DNA of 64,000 nucleotides. It comes from Gemmatimonadales bacterium UBA1120 (lineage in GTDB: Bacteria > Gemmatimonadota > Gemmatimonadetes > Longimicrobiales > Gaopeijiaceae). The DNA lies in contig DCAZ01000115.1 in NCBI GenBank assembly GCA_002313925.1, positions 25,028-89,027 on the forward strand, read 5' to 3'. Below, piece by piece: positions 38,632 through 48,535 of this stretch. Position numbers and translations under genes: made by a program. A model generated the notes under the pieces. That model was given only the letters and a program-made list of their open reading frames with translations. It was not told the DNA's origin and searched no databases. Numbering within the stretch: position 1 is the stretch's first letter; each line of letters opens with the position of its first letter.

Positions 38632-40140
38632 ATGACCCAAGACGAGTACATTAGCTACGATGGCAGCGGCCTTGCGCAGCTCATCCGTGCGAAAGAGGTG
38701 AAGGCGTCGGAGCTTCTTGACCTAGCACTCGAACGGGTTTCGGTCCTCAATCCTGAGGTCAATGCAGTCGTGAGGATAATGGAGGAGGATGCGCGCACTG
38801 CAGCTGAGGAATGCCACGCAGCCGGGGTATTCAGTGGGGTTCCCTTCCTCGCGAAGGATTTGGGAAGCCATTTTGCTGGACATCCCACTTCCGCCGGGAG
38901 TCGTCTCGCCGCAAATATTGTTGCCAAGCAAGATACGGAGCTTGTGCGTAGGCTCCGAGCCACCGGAGTATCCATCTTCGGCAAGACAAACCTACCTGAA
39001 TTCGGACTCACCCCCTACACGGAACCGGAGTTATGGGGGCCCTGCAGGAACCCCTGGGATCTGGCTCGAACACCTGGAGGCTCAAGTGGTGGTTCAGGAG
39101 CTGCAGTCGCTGCTGGTTTTGCTCCGATGGCAGGGGCCGGAGATGGTGGAGGTTCAATCCGGATTCCGGGTTCATGCTGTGGCTTGTTTGGCCTCAAGCC
39201 TACCCGGGGACGCACCCCAACAGGGCCCTTTCGAGGACAAGTTTGGCGAGGCGCAACGGTGGAACACATTCTTTCTCGCTCTGTGAGAGACAGCGCAATA
39301 ATGCTAGACGCAACACACGGAGCTGACCCGGGCGCCCCCTACGAGATCACCATGCCCGAGCATCCATTTGCTGAAGAAGTTGGGCGGGCGCCCGGTCAAC
39401 TTCGGATCGCTTGGACAACAAAGCCAACCCTAGGTTCAGAGGTGCACCCAGATTGCATCATCGCCGTTGAAGAGGCTGTCGAGCTTCTCGAGGATTTGGG
39501 GCACGAGCTCATTGAAGCTGAGCCTCAGATCGATGGCAAGGGCTTCGCCCGGGCCTTTATGCTGATGGTCGCAAGTGAAGTGGGTACCGATATTCACGAC
39601 GCGGAAACCGTGCTCGGCCGGAGAGCTAAGCGCAGCGAACTAGAACCGGCTACTCAGGCCCTCAGTCTACTCTCTCAGTCACTCTCTGCCAGAGAATTCG
39701 GCAGCGCCCTGCGCCTTCTCGAGCGCGAGGCGCGATCTGTGGGAGCATTCTTTGAGACGCACGACATGTTACTGACACCCACCATCGCCACACCTCCCGC
39801 AAGAATCGGTGAACTTGCTCCAACCCCTACGGAACAACTTCACCTCCGCATCCTGGGTTTAATCGGATCAGGACGCCTGGTGAAAATGATTGGCTTACTC
39901 GATGAGGTAGCCAGGCACGCATTTGATTTCACACCCTGGACACCAGTCTTCAACGTCACGGGGCAACCGGCGATGTCGGTACCACTGCACTGGAATCAGG
40001 ATGGGCTACCTATCGGTCTCCATTTCGTAGGTCATTTCGGTGCCGAAGCCACCTTATTCCGACTCGCTGAACAACTAGAACGTGCGCAGCCCTGGTTCGA
40101 TCGACTACCCGAGATCGCTAAGAATCTCCTAAGAACCTAA
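38632..40140 (+). CDS. amidase (amidase-signature family), second paralogue
   Basis: GVPFLAKDL and GGSSGGSGAAVAAGFAPMAGAGDGGGSIRIPGSCCGLFGLKPTRG. ATG 38632 is preceded by AGAGG; the track ORF starts at 38569. Confidence 0.88.
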   Translation: MTQDEYISYDGSGLAQLIRAKEVKASELLDLALERVSVLNPEVNAVVRIMEEDARTAAEECHAAGVFSGVPFLAKDLGSHFAGHPTSAGSRLAANIVAKQDTELVRRLRATGVSIFGKTNLPEFGLTPYTEPELWGPCRNPWDLARTPGGSSGGSGAAVAAGFAPMAGAGDGGGSIRIPGSCCGLFGLKPTRGRTPTGPFRGQVWRGATVEHILSRSVRDSAIMLDATHGADPGAPYEITMPEHPFAEEVGRAPGQLRIAWTTKPTLGSEVHPDCIIAVEEAVELLEDLGHELIEAEPQIDGKGFARAFMLMVASEVGTDIHDAETVLGRRAKRSELEPATQALSLLSQSLSAREFGSALRLLEREARSVGAFFETHDMLLTPTIATPPARIGELAPTPTEQLHLRILGLIGSGRLVKMIGLLDEVARHAFDFTPWTPVFNVTGQPAMSVPLHWNQDGLPIGLHFVGHFGAEATLFRLAEQLERAQPWFDRLPEIAKNLLRT

Positions 40141-40222
40141 AGTGCGATCCGTTAACTGATCTACGATGGTAGGGAAACCAACTAGCGCCTCATGGCGACC
40201 CGTGGCTGCCACGACAGCCCTC

Positions 40223-43057
40223 TTAACATCCCCCCTGAGAGATCACTTTCTTGGACATCCCTAGTCCAAGAGTCTTGCCTTTCAATATCCCCGGGACACC
40301 CTCTTCCATCCATACAGGAGCAGGTGCATCCATGAGGTAATGATCAAAGAACTGCTGCATTCGAGTAGCCCAGTCTTTTTGATTCTGAGTCTTTCGGAGC
40401 CCGTGCGGCTCCCCATTATAGTTCAGCAACCACACCGGCTTACCCAATCGTCTAAGCGCCACAAAGAACTCGATTCCCTGTTCCCACGGCACCGCCGTAT
40501 CCTCGTCATTATGCATCATGAGCACAGGGGTCTCGATCTTGTCCGCAGTAAAGATCGGTGAGTTCTCTATGAATCGAAGTGGCTTGTCCCAAAGTGATCC
40601 ACCAATTCGGCTCTGCGTTCGTTCGTACTGGAACATTCTGCTCATCCCGGTACCCCAGCGGATGCCGCCGTACGCACTCACCATGTTGGCCACAGGCGCT
40701 CCTGCTTCCGCTGCTGCGAACAGATTTGTACGTGTAACCATGTAGGCGATCTGATATCCTCCCCAAGAGTGACCCTGTACTCCGATACGTTCCCGGTCCA
40801 CAAAGCCTTGAGCGACCAGTTCCAAGACGCCGGGGACTACAGCATCCAGAGCGCTTTCGCCTGGATAACCAATCATGTACGGGATGTCCGGGACAAAGAG
40901 TAGATATCCCCGGCTAACGTAAAAGCTGCGATTAATAGAAGACCCGCCTGGAGCAGGCACAGTGTAAGAATGGAGTCCATCTGAAGAGCGCTCATAAAAG
41001 TACACCATCATCGGGTACTCTTTCTCAGGATCGAACCCCTCCGGCTTATATACTATTCCCTGAAGCGGAATCCCGTCGTTTGAAGACCACTCGACTAACT
41101 CGGCTGAACCCCACAAATACTCGTCTTGTTGTGGGTTCGCATCCGTGACCTTACGAGCGTCCGTGAAATCTTCATCCGCTACCCAGATATCAGGAAATTC
41201 CTGGAAAGTCGAGCGTGTGTAGATATAAACATCCTCCTGCTCTGCCTTACGTACCCCGCCGAAACTCGCATCCTCCATTACGAGGCGCTCAGGTTCCCCG
41301 GCTCCATCAAAATGATCCCGATAGAAGCCGTTCGCTTTTGTATAGATCTCGAATGCGTTGAGGTAGATATCCGAGTCGGTCGGCACAAAAGGGTTATCAG
41401 AATCCATATCTATGACTCTGAACCGAGTATTGGTGGCTCGGCCCGAGCCCTCTGTGAGATTCCTGGGAGCCGTCACACCCATAGGGTCGATCGCCCAAAT
41501 GTCGAACTGATCATAAACCACAAAGGCCTCGTCACCCTCTGTCCAACCTGCAGCACCATACGACCGCAACGCATCTGGGTGATCATCAAGGATATCGTGG
41601 AACGGAACGTTGATAGGGGCCGTAAGATTTCTGGTTTCCCCAGTCTCGGTGTTCGTAGCAAACCATGCCTTCTCAAAACCATCCCATCTTGTCACATACG
41701 AGCCACCGGGGGAGAGCCTAGCCAACGTTTTAACCTTCTCGGCAATGCCCTGCCGCGAGCCATTTCTAACATCAACCAGAAATAGATCTGAGTAACGACC
41801 GTCCCATGACACCAGTTGTCTGTACGGGAGATTGCTCGTTCCTAAGGCAATGCGGCCATCTCCGTTCTCGCTGACCACAACCGTAGGCAGATCCTCTTTC
41901 TCTAACTGCACAATGTCGCCACTCCCCATATCCAGCATCGCGGAGTACGTGCGCCCTCTCTCATCCTCAGCCTGTAGGAGTTGCATCGGCTGGAGGAAAG
42001 GATCCTTCCAATTCCAGATGTCGACGACAACACGCTCGTCGTCAGGTGTTTCGTCCTCTGGTTCGGGCTCGGGGGCAAGCCTCGTACCGAAAAAGACACG
42101 TTCCCCCGACTTTGAGAATGACACTTCACCATCCTCACTCGGTGCCCATCCCACCGGCAGTCCATCCGAACCCAATCGTACCCGGTCAGTTGCGGTGCCA
42201 CCGGGCGAGGTATAAAGCGAGAAACGTGGGGCTTCTCGGTCTCGATCATCGCGATCAGTCAAGAACGCTACCGATCCTTCATCTGAAACAACAAGCTGTA
42301 TATAGCGGCCCTCTCCGGTGGCAACTGCCTCCACAGAGCCACCCGAAGGAACTTCAAAGACCCCATCCGCGACTCCATCTTCTCCTGACGAAGTGAAGAA
42401 CAGGGTTGAGCCATCAGCAGCGAATTCATAGCTCACCACATTCTCAAAACTCTGCTCCTGCCCTGAACTGAGTTCTCGTACCACGAGTGCACTACCGTCA
42501 TCCGTGCGGGGAGCTTCATTCGCCTCACCATCTTCTTCGCCCTCTTCTGGATCTGGCGCTTCTTCCTCATCCGCGTCGTCCTCTTCTTCTAGTAAGTATG
42601 CAATCCGGTCACCCGCATCCTCTGGTATACTGAACGATCGCACCCTTTCTCTGCGAAAAGTGGACAGGTCCGACAAGCTCACCACAACCAATGAATCCGT
42701 CGGTTCGTTGTCCTCATCTTCGTTCTGGCCTTGAGTGCCAGCTTCAGCTGAGGAGTCCTCCATTGGGGTAATAAGAGCTATCAGATATCCGGCGTCCGCT
42801 GTAAAGCGCGCAGAAGTAGCGCGCTCGATCTCTAGTGAGCGGGTATCGCTAAGGCTCTGTAGCAACAAGGTGGCCTCTCCATCTCCCGGCACCAGCCTAT
42901 AGGCAAGCCAAAGACCATCGCTTGAAACAGCAACATTCTGGATTCGATTCCAGATGTCATAGTCTGCGTGATCAAGTGGTCGTTTTTCCTGTCCCCCAAG
43001 AGAAACGGTTTCGATGACAAGGAGCAGCGATGCTAGAGCCGGGGTTGCAATCTTCAT
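40223..43057 (-). CDS. S9-family serine peptidase (prolyl oligopeptidase/acylaminoacyl-peptidase type) with N-terminal beta-propeller and an acidic low-complexity insert
   Basis: Nucleophile block GVQGHSWGGYQIAYM, later MMHNDEDTAVP and EPHGL (Asp/His region). Signal MKIATPALASLLLVIETVSLGGQ from ATG 43057. The acidic insert is EEEDDADEEEAPDPEEGEEDGEANE. Confidence 0.85.
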   Translation of the reverse strand: MKIATPALASLLLVIETVSLGGQEKRPLDHADYDIWNRIQNVAVSSDGLWLAYRLVPGDGEATLLLQSLSDTRSLEIERATSARFTADAGYLIALITPMEDSSAEAGTQGQNEDEDNEPTDSLVVVSLSDLSTFRRERVRSFSIPEDAGDRIAYLLEEEDDADEEEAPDPEEGEEDGEANEAPRTDDGSALVVRELSSGQEQSFENVVSYEFAADGSTLFFTSSGEDGVADGVFEVPSGGSVEAVATGEGRYIQLVVSDEGSVAFLTDRDDRDREAPRFSLYTSPGGTATDRVRLGSDGLPVGWAPSEDGEVSFSKSGERVFFGTRLAPEPEPEDETPDDERVVVDIWNWKDPFLQPMQLLQAEDERGRTYSAMLDMGSGDIVQLEKEDLPTVVVSENGDGRIALGTSNLPYRQLVSWDGRYSDLFLVDVRNGSRQGIAEKVKTLARLSPGGSYVTRWDGFEKAWFATNTETGETRNLTAPINVPFHDILDDHPDALRSYGAAGWTEGDEAFVVYDQFDIWAIDPMGVTAPRNLTEGSGRATNTRFRVIDMDSDNPFVPTDSDIYLNAFEIYTKANGFYRDHFDGAGEPERLVMEDASFGGVRKAEQEDVYIYTRSTFQEFPDIWVADEDFTDARKVTDANPQQDEYLWGSAELVEWSSNDGIPLQGIVYKPEGFDPEKEYPMMVYFYERSSDGLHSYTVPAPGGSSINRSFYVSRGYLLFVPDIPYMIGYPGESALDAVVPGVLELVAQGFVDRERIGVQGHSWGGYQIAYMVTRTNLFAAAEAGAPVANMVSAYGGIRWGTGMSRMFQYERTQSRIGGSLWDKPLRFIENSPIFTADKIETPVLMMHNDEDTAVPWEQGIEFFVALRRLGKPVWLLNYNGEPHGLRKTQNQKDWATRMQQFFDHYLMDAPAPVWMEEGVPGILKGKTLGLGMSKKVISQGGC

Positions 43058-43246
43058 GGTTTCATCTATCCAAAGCCTGTGTGTAAGAGGCACGGTACCG
43101 AGCGTTCCGACGGACGGCAACGACCCTGCCTAGCATACACTGACTATTATCCTTCCCAATTGACTAAATCCTGGAACTCTGGCGAGGTCTGGAGATCCCA
43201 CGCAGGTTTCTTCCCACTCAGTTCCCAAATACATGGAGCACCGCGC

Positions 43247-45169
43247 ATGGAACAGCGCTCCTTATCAGCATTAGCAGTCCTCGCTTTCCTTCTGCTGCCC
43301 TCGGTTCTGCCCGCTCAAGGCACAGCCAATGGTGAGTGGCACGTCTACGGTGGTGATGCCGCCCATACGCGGTATACGCCACTGGACCAAATCGATGCAT
43401 CTAATGCATCCGATCTTGAAATCGTCTGGCGTTGGAATGCAAGGAACTTTGGACCAAACCCATTTGCTCAGACACAAGCGACACCGCTGATGATCAACGG
43501 TGTGCTTTATGCTACAGCAGGCAGACGTCGCAGCGTGGTCGCGATCGACCCTGGGACCGGTGAAACCTTATGGACCTGGCGAATGGATGAAGGGGAACGC
43601 CTCCAAGCAGCCCCCCGACCAAATTCGGGGCGCGGAGTCGCATACTGGGAAGACCCAGATGGAAATGGTCGGATCTTGGTCGTCACCCCCGGATATCATT
43701 TGGTCGCGCTCGATGCGGATACTGGCTACGAGGTTGAGAGCTTCGGTGAGCAAGGGACCGTAGACCTCATGGAGGACCACAGGGCTCGTGACGGTATTGA
43801 TATGGTCGGTTCTATCGGAGCTAGTTCCACGGCGGCCGTCGTCGGTGACGTGATCGTTGTAGGATCGGCACACCATGTGGGTGCTCGACCACCCTCAAGG
43901 GTTAACACCCCGGGCGATGTCCGTGGATACGATGCTGCCACAGGAAATCTTCTTTGGACATTCCACACTATCCCAGAGCCAGGAGAATTGGGCGTTGATA
44001 CATGGGAAAATGACTCTTGGTCCTACACGGGCAACGCGGCCGTCTGGGCACAAATCTCGCATGACCCGGAAACTGGGTTTGTTTACCTACCTACAGAAGC
44101 TCCCACCGGTGACTACTACGGTGGGCATAGGCATGGCAACAACCTCTTTTCGACCAGCATCGTATGCCTGGATTCGAAAACCGGCGAGCGTGTGTGGCAC
44201 TTTCAGACAATCCACCACGATATCTGGGACTGGGACAATCCCTCTGCACCAATTCTTGCAGATCTCGTGATCGACGGAGTAGAACGCAAAATTGTAGCTC
44301 TGATTACGAAACAGGGCTTCGTGTTCGTGTTCGATCGACTAACCGGTGACCCCATCTGGCCGATTGAAGAAAGACCGGTACCTCAGACTGATACTCCGGG
44401 TGAGTGGACGTCTCCAACACAGCCGTTTCCAACCAAACCTGCGCCGTTTGACAGACAGGGCTTTAGCGAAGACGATCTCATCGATTTCACACCGGAGATC
44501 AGGGCTCGAGCAGCCGAAGTGGCCAGCCAATACCGGATGGGGCCAATCTATGCGCCACCTTCTTTGGCTAACCACCCCGATGGCACGAAAGGGATGCTTT
44601 CGCTGCCTACATCCACGGGTGGATCTAACTGGGAGGGTGGGGCCCTGGATCCAGAGACTGGACACCTCTATGTAGGATCCTATACGAGGGCGGCTGTGCT
44701 AGGTCTTGTAGAGGGTGGCAACCGCTCAGATATGGATTACATCAGAGGTGGTGGCGGAGCACAAGTAGCTCCGGGTGTTTCAATCGTAAAGCCACCATGG
44801 GGACGGATTACGGCAATCGACCTTACAACCGGGGAACACGCCTGGATGATCGCTAACGGTGACACACGACCGCGGATTGCGGAAGCTCTTGGGCTCGAGC
44901 TTGCAGACCTCCCCAGGACTGGCAAGCCGTCACGTGCTGGCTTGCTTGTGACAAGCACCTTGCTATTCGCAGGCGAAGGAACATCGGGTGATCCGGTTTT
45001 CAGAGCTCATGACAAGGCAACCGGGAGCATCTTGGCAGAGATTGAGATCCCAGGTACTCAAGTCGGGCTACCGATGTCGTACATGTATGAGGGCAAGCAG
45101 TACGTAGTCTTTGCGATCGGAAGCAGGGGCCGACCAGCCGAAATCATAGCACTCGCGTTGCCTGACTAA
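43247..45169 (+). CDS. PQQ-dependent dehydrogenase (quinoprotein, 8-bladed propeller), periplasmic
   Basis: Signal MEQRSLSALAVLAFLLLPSVLPAQG, then GEWHVYGGDAAHTRYTPLDQI, TPLMINGVLY and repeated W-motifs typical of quinoprotein glucose/alcohol dehydrogenases. ATG 43247 is preferred to the track start at 43079. Confidence 0.85.
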   Translation: MEQRSLSALAVLAFLLLPSVLPAQGTANGEWHVYGGDAAHTRYTPLDQIDASNASDLEIVWRWNARNFGPNPFAQTQATPLMINGVLYATAGRRRSVVAIDPGTGETLWTWRMDEGERLQAAPRPNSGRGVAYWEDPDGNGRILVVTPGYHLVALDADTGYEVESFGEQGTVDLMEDHRARDGIDMVGSIGASSTAAVVGDVIVVGSAHHVGARPPSRVNTPGDVRGYDAATGNLLWTFHTIPEPGELGVDTWENDSWSYTGNAAVWAQISHDPETGFVYLPTEAPTGDYYGGHRHGNNLFSTSIVCLDSKTGERVWHFQTIHHDIWDWDNPSAPILADLVIDGVERKIVALITKQGFVFVFDRLTGDPIWPIEERPVPQTDTPGEWTSPTQPFPTKPAPFDRQGFSEDDLIDFTPEIRARAAEVASQYRMGPIYAPPSLANHPDGTKGMLSLPTSTGGSNWEGGALDPETGHLYVGSYTRAAVLGLVEGGNRSDMDYIRGGGGAQVAPGVSIVKPPWGRITAIDLTTGEHAWMIANGDTRPRIAEALGLELADLPRTGKPSRAGLLVTSTLLFAGEGTSGDPVFRAHDKATGSILAEIEIPGTQVGLPMSYMYEGKQYVVFAIGSRGRPAEIIALALPD

Positions 45170-45203
45170 GAATAGCCCTTGAGCATGAAATGAAGGGAGA
45201 AGC

Positions 45204-45563
45204 TTAGCAGTCAACCAGTTCAATGCTGTCAGGTCCATTCGGCACCACACAAATAAATTCAAAGGGTTCATCACCCTCGTCGGCCTTATAGTTGTGCGGG
45301 ACACCCGCCGGAATATAGACCACATCACCGGCCTTCACATGGTGGGTGCCTTCCCCGATTTGAACCTGAGCGGCTCCCTTAAGAACATACTGCTCGTGCT
45401 CTACGGTGTTGGTATGCATCGGCATACCCCCACCAGGTTCCATTATGAAACGTCGCATCGCGAAATTCGGACCCTCATCAGCCCCGATCAGGACCTGACG
45501 CTTCGTCCCTGTTCCAGCCGCTACATCTTCGGTGGGCAGGTTGTCCACGTTTCTAACCGACAT
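45204..45563 (-). CDS. cupin-domain protein
   Basis: GGGMPMHTNTVEHEQYVLKGAAQVQIG...GDVVYIPAGVPHNY are the two cupin motifs. The start is probably MSVRNV (45563) rather than 45611. Confidence 0.8.
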   Translation of the reverse strand: MSVRNVDNLPTEDVAAGTGTKRQVLIGADEGPNFAMRRFIMEPGGGMPMHTNTVEHEQYVLKGAAQVQIGEGTHHVKAGDVVYIPAGVPHNYKADEGDEPFEFICVVPNGPDSIELVDC

Positions 45564-45653
45564 GATCACTCCTGGTCTTGATATGGCGGCACAAGTTGGC
45601 AGCTGCCACACTATGACACCAATCTAGGGGTATAACGTATCGACCGCGCAATC

Positions 45654-46601
45654 GTGAGGACACGAGTGATAAAGCATAGGTGCAAACTAAGCTTCCTGAC
45701 TCTCTTTATCTGGATTTCTGCTTGCACTGAATCTACTCCGGAACAAGCCGGACAGGATTTGCTAACGCCTAAGGTCTTGGTGATCGGGATTGACGGCATC
45801 CGGCCTGATGTCTTGATGGATGTGAACACACCTCACATCGATAGACTCGCAGCAGAAGGCTTACTCACGAACCAAGCGATGACGGGCTACCCCTCGGTCA
45901 GTGGGCCAGGTTGGTCTTCTATGCTCAATGGTGTGTGGCCGGATAAGCACGGTGTGACGGACAACTCCTTCGACGGTGAGCGCTACAATGATTTCCCGGA
46001 TTTCTTAACACGCATCGAGCAGATCCGACCTGAGCTCGAAACATTTGCAGTAGCCGACTGGGCACCACTTGGTTACTCCGATCAGGGCAGTCCAACCATA
46101 AGCGACGCAGTGGATGTTAAGCACGTCCTCGACGGCTATGAGCTGGGCTGGGCTGAGGCTGATACAAAATCAGTCCAACTCGCAGTAGAACAGCTAGAGA
46201 CTTCGAATCCCGATGCTCTCTTTGTCTACCTAGGCAATCCCGATGAAATCAGCCATGAGCATAGTTCAATAGGATCCGAGTACCGAGATGCGATAGCACT
46301 GGCAGATGAACATGTAGGGGTGCTTGTGAAAGCAATTCACGATCGTGTGACGTACCTTGAGGAAGACTGGTTAATTCTCTCAAGCACAGATCACGGGAGA
46401 CGCTCCGATGGTGGGCACGGCGGAAACAGCGAAGAGGAACGCACGATTTACTTCTTGGCGAGCGGACCTTCAGTAATTGCGCCAACCCTCCCAGACTCGA
46501 CTTACATTGTAGACGTAGCAGTCACTGCCCTCACCCACCTTAAAATCCAAATCGACCCTTCCTGGCAATTAGACGGAAACCCAGTAGGAATCCTCCGCTA
46601 G
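45654..46601 (+). CDS. alkaline-phosphatase-superfamily enzyme (nucleotide pyrophosphatase/phosphodiesterase type), lipoprotein
   Basis: Lipobox FIWISAC. VLVIGIDGIRPDVL, YPSVSGPGWSSMLNG (nucleophile region), NPDEISHEH and STDHG are metal-ligand blocks. Confidence 0.8.
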   Translation: MRTRVIKHRCKLSFLTLFIWISACTESTPEQAGQDLLTPKVLVIGIDGIRPDVLMDVNTPHIDRLAAEGLLTNQAMTGYPSVSGPGWSSMLNGVWPDKHGVTDNSFDGERYNDFPDFLTRIEQIRPELETFAVADWAPLGYSDQGSPTISDAVDVKHVLDGYELGWAEADTKSVQLAVEQLETSNPDALFVYLGNPDEISHEHSSIGSEYRDAIALADEHVGVLVKAIHDRVTYLEEDWLILSSTDHGRRSDGGHGGNSEEERTIYFLASGPSVIAPTLPDSTYIVDVAVTALTHLKIQIDPSWQLDGNPVGILR

Positions 46602-46637
46602 GCTTAGTTGTTAGCTGTCAGGCTCGGGTAACCGGGC

Positions 46638-47051
46638 TTACTGATGGGCAAATCGATACCGAGCAATTCTTATTGCTGGAGCAACTGTATAGAAGAAGTG
46701 CAAGCGATTTTCACCGTCCAAGATCACGTTGGATGTCTGTTGTTTAGTTTTTGGATAGTCACGGCCTTGCTCATTCTCGATTACCAGCACCTCTCCCTTC
46801 TCCAAATCACTACTGAGAGCATCCACCGCTCTTTCGAGTTTGTCGAGCAACTGCTGTTCTGTCTGATCCTGTACGTCGCCCTGAGCTTCGGCAACGATTT
46901 CCAGAGTCTCGACCAACTCGTATTCCGAACGGAAAGCATCCACTCCGATAGACCTCTGGTGGTTGCGGCGAAACCCTACTTCGTTCAGTGCCTTGGAGTC
47001 GAAGTTTAATTCGACACTGTGGAATGATATTCCATATTTCCTGAAGACCAT
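46638..47051 (-). CDS. hypothetical protein (137 aa), no recognisable family
   Basis: ORF with GAGGG 5 nt upstream of the ATG. Acidic helical centre (EIVAEAQGDVQDQTEQQLLDKLERAVDALSSDLEKGE). It lies 46 nt downstream of the DEAD-box helicase on the same strand. Confidence 0.5.
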   Translation of the reverse strand: MVFRKYGISFHSVELNFDSKALNEVGFRRNHQRSIGVDAFRSEYELVETLEIVAEAQGDVQDQTEQQLLDKLERAVDALSSDLEKGEVLVIENEQGRDYPKTKQQTSNVILDGENRLHFFYTVAPAIRIARYRFAHQ

Positions 47052-47097
47052 CTATACCCTCAACTAGCGATCTACTCTTACTAACAGTCCGTGGATT

Positions 47098-48357
47098 TCA
47101 TGACTCGGGATCCAAAAGAGCTTCGAGTTCCTCTGCCGTAAGGTCGTCGGCTGAACGTGATCCTAGACCCTGTGGGGATCGAGATTTACGCCTCTTCTTT
47201 GCGGCTGCACTCGATTCGGTCTTAGGTACGCCGGCGTAGTCATACTCGGGGATATGGACTCGGTTCAATTCTCGCCCGAGCCGATGCTCCAGACTCTTCA
47301 GTGCCCCCAGATCAGCACCGGTCACAAAGGTTATAGCGGTACCAGTGGCACCGGCCCTCCCCGTACGTCCGATGCGGTGCACATAGTCTTCTGGATCTAG
47401 TGGTATATCGTAATTGACTACGTGGCTGATCCCCTCAACGTCGAGTCCCCTCTGTGCGACATCAGTTGCAACCAACACCCTTACCTTGCCTTGGGCAAAG
47501 CGCTCCAACGCACGTGTTCGGTGCTGCATTCGGCGGTTGGAGTGTAATACATCGGTTCGGATATCTTCACGCTGCAGCCGCGCATCTAGTACATCAGCAC
47601 CAGCCTTCGTGCGCGTGAAAACAAGAACCTGATCCCAGCCCGGTTCCTTCAGAAGCTCAGCCAGAAGATCTGGTTTTTTCTCTGGTTTAACTGAGTAAAA
47701 GATCTCCTCGATTCCCTCTGCCGTTGTCCCTGGTGGGGTAGCTTCAACCCAGATTGCTTCTCTGGTAATACGGAGTGCCAGATCATGTACACCGTTCGGC
47801 ATCGTCGCACTGAAGAGCATAGTCTGCCGCTTCTTGGGCATTCCCTTGAGGACTTCCTCTATCTGAGGTCTAAAGCCCATATCAAGCATACGATCAGCCT
47901 CGTCGAGCACGAGATAATTAACACTGCTCAAGTCGACACGCTTTGAATGCGCATGGTCTATGAAGCGTCCTGGGGTTGCAACAATCACTTCGAATCCTGA
48001 CTCCAAAGCCTCGATCTGGGGCCCATACCCAACCCCACCAAAGATTGCGGCAGTCCTGATATTCGTCCCCATGGCAAGTGAAGCCGTATCGTCGGCAACT
48101 TGCTGTGCCAATTCTCGTGTCGGACACAGAACAAGCACCTGCAGGCCAGCTCCCGCTCGTAGCCGCTCCAAGGCCGGTACCATGAAGGCCCCCGTCTTAC
48201 CGGTTCCTGTCTGGGCGATCCCCACTACATCCGTACCCGCCATACCCGGCGGAATCGCCTCAGCTTGAATCGGAGTGGGAACTGTCCAGCCGAGTGCTTC
48301 AATAGCGCCAAGGCGTTGTTCTGAAAGATCTAGGTCGGTGAAGGTGTTAACACCCAA
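47098..48357 (-). CDS. ATP-dependent DEAD-box RNA helicase (RhlE-like), canonical motifs
   Basis: Q-motif TPIQ, motif I AQTGTGKT, Ia PTRELA, II VLDEADRMLD, III SAT, VI HRIGRTGRAG, and a basic C-terminal tail. The track ORF reaches 48462. TTG 48357 (MGVNTFTDLDL...) is a more typical N-terminus; the start is uncertain. Confidence 0.9.
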   Translation of the reverse strand: MGVNTFTDLDLSEQRLGAIEALGWTVPTPIQAEAIPPGMAGTDVVGIAQTGTGKTGAFMVPALERLRAGAGLQVLVLCPTRELAQQVADDTASLAMGTNIRTAAIFGGVGYGPQIEALESGFEVIVATPGRFIDHAHSKRVDLSSVNYLVLDEADRMLDMGFRPQIEEVLKGMPKKRQTMLFSATMPNGVHDLALRITREAIWVEATPPGTTAEGIEEIFYSVKPEKKPDLLAELLKEPGWDQVLVFTRTKAGADVLDARLQREDIRTDVLHSNRRMQHRTRALERFAQGKVRVLVATDVAQRGLDVEGISHVVNYDIPLDPEDYVHRIGRTGRAGATGTAITFVTGADLGALKSLEHRLGRELNRVHIPEYDYAGVPKTESSAAAKKRRKSRSPQGLGSRSADDLTAEELEALLDPES

Positions 48358-48535
48358 TATTGCTGTCTCTCTGTCTATTCGAAGGACTGGGCACCGATGG
48401 TTTCTTATCGGCAAACCCGATTGGGAGAAAAGTAACGAGCTTCCTTGCCAGGGGTGTAACACACCAACAAGTTGGCCGCGCCATAAGCTGGATTATGATG
48501 ACCTGTACTTTTGCCATGACTGATCTAGCAACCGA

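Noticed and set aside
41126-41785. 219-aa plus-strand ORF.
   Set aside because: It lies antisense inside the S9 peptidase gene, with no motif and an implausible composition. It is a shadow ORF.
43058-43246. Mutually overlapping long-ORF extensions of the S9 peptidase (to 43120) and the PQQ dehydrogenase (from 43079).
   Set aside because: Both proteins have internal Met codons followed by canonical signal peptides (43057 and 43247). The extensions are best read as the shared divergent promoter region.
46644-47009. 121-aa plus-strand ORF overlapping the 137-aa minus-strand hypothetical.
   Set aside because: It is Cys/Phe/Leu-rich with an odd composition and no Shine-Dalgarno sequence. The minus-strand frame has a good Shine-Dalgarno sequence and a protein-like composition.
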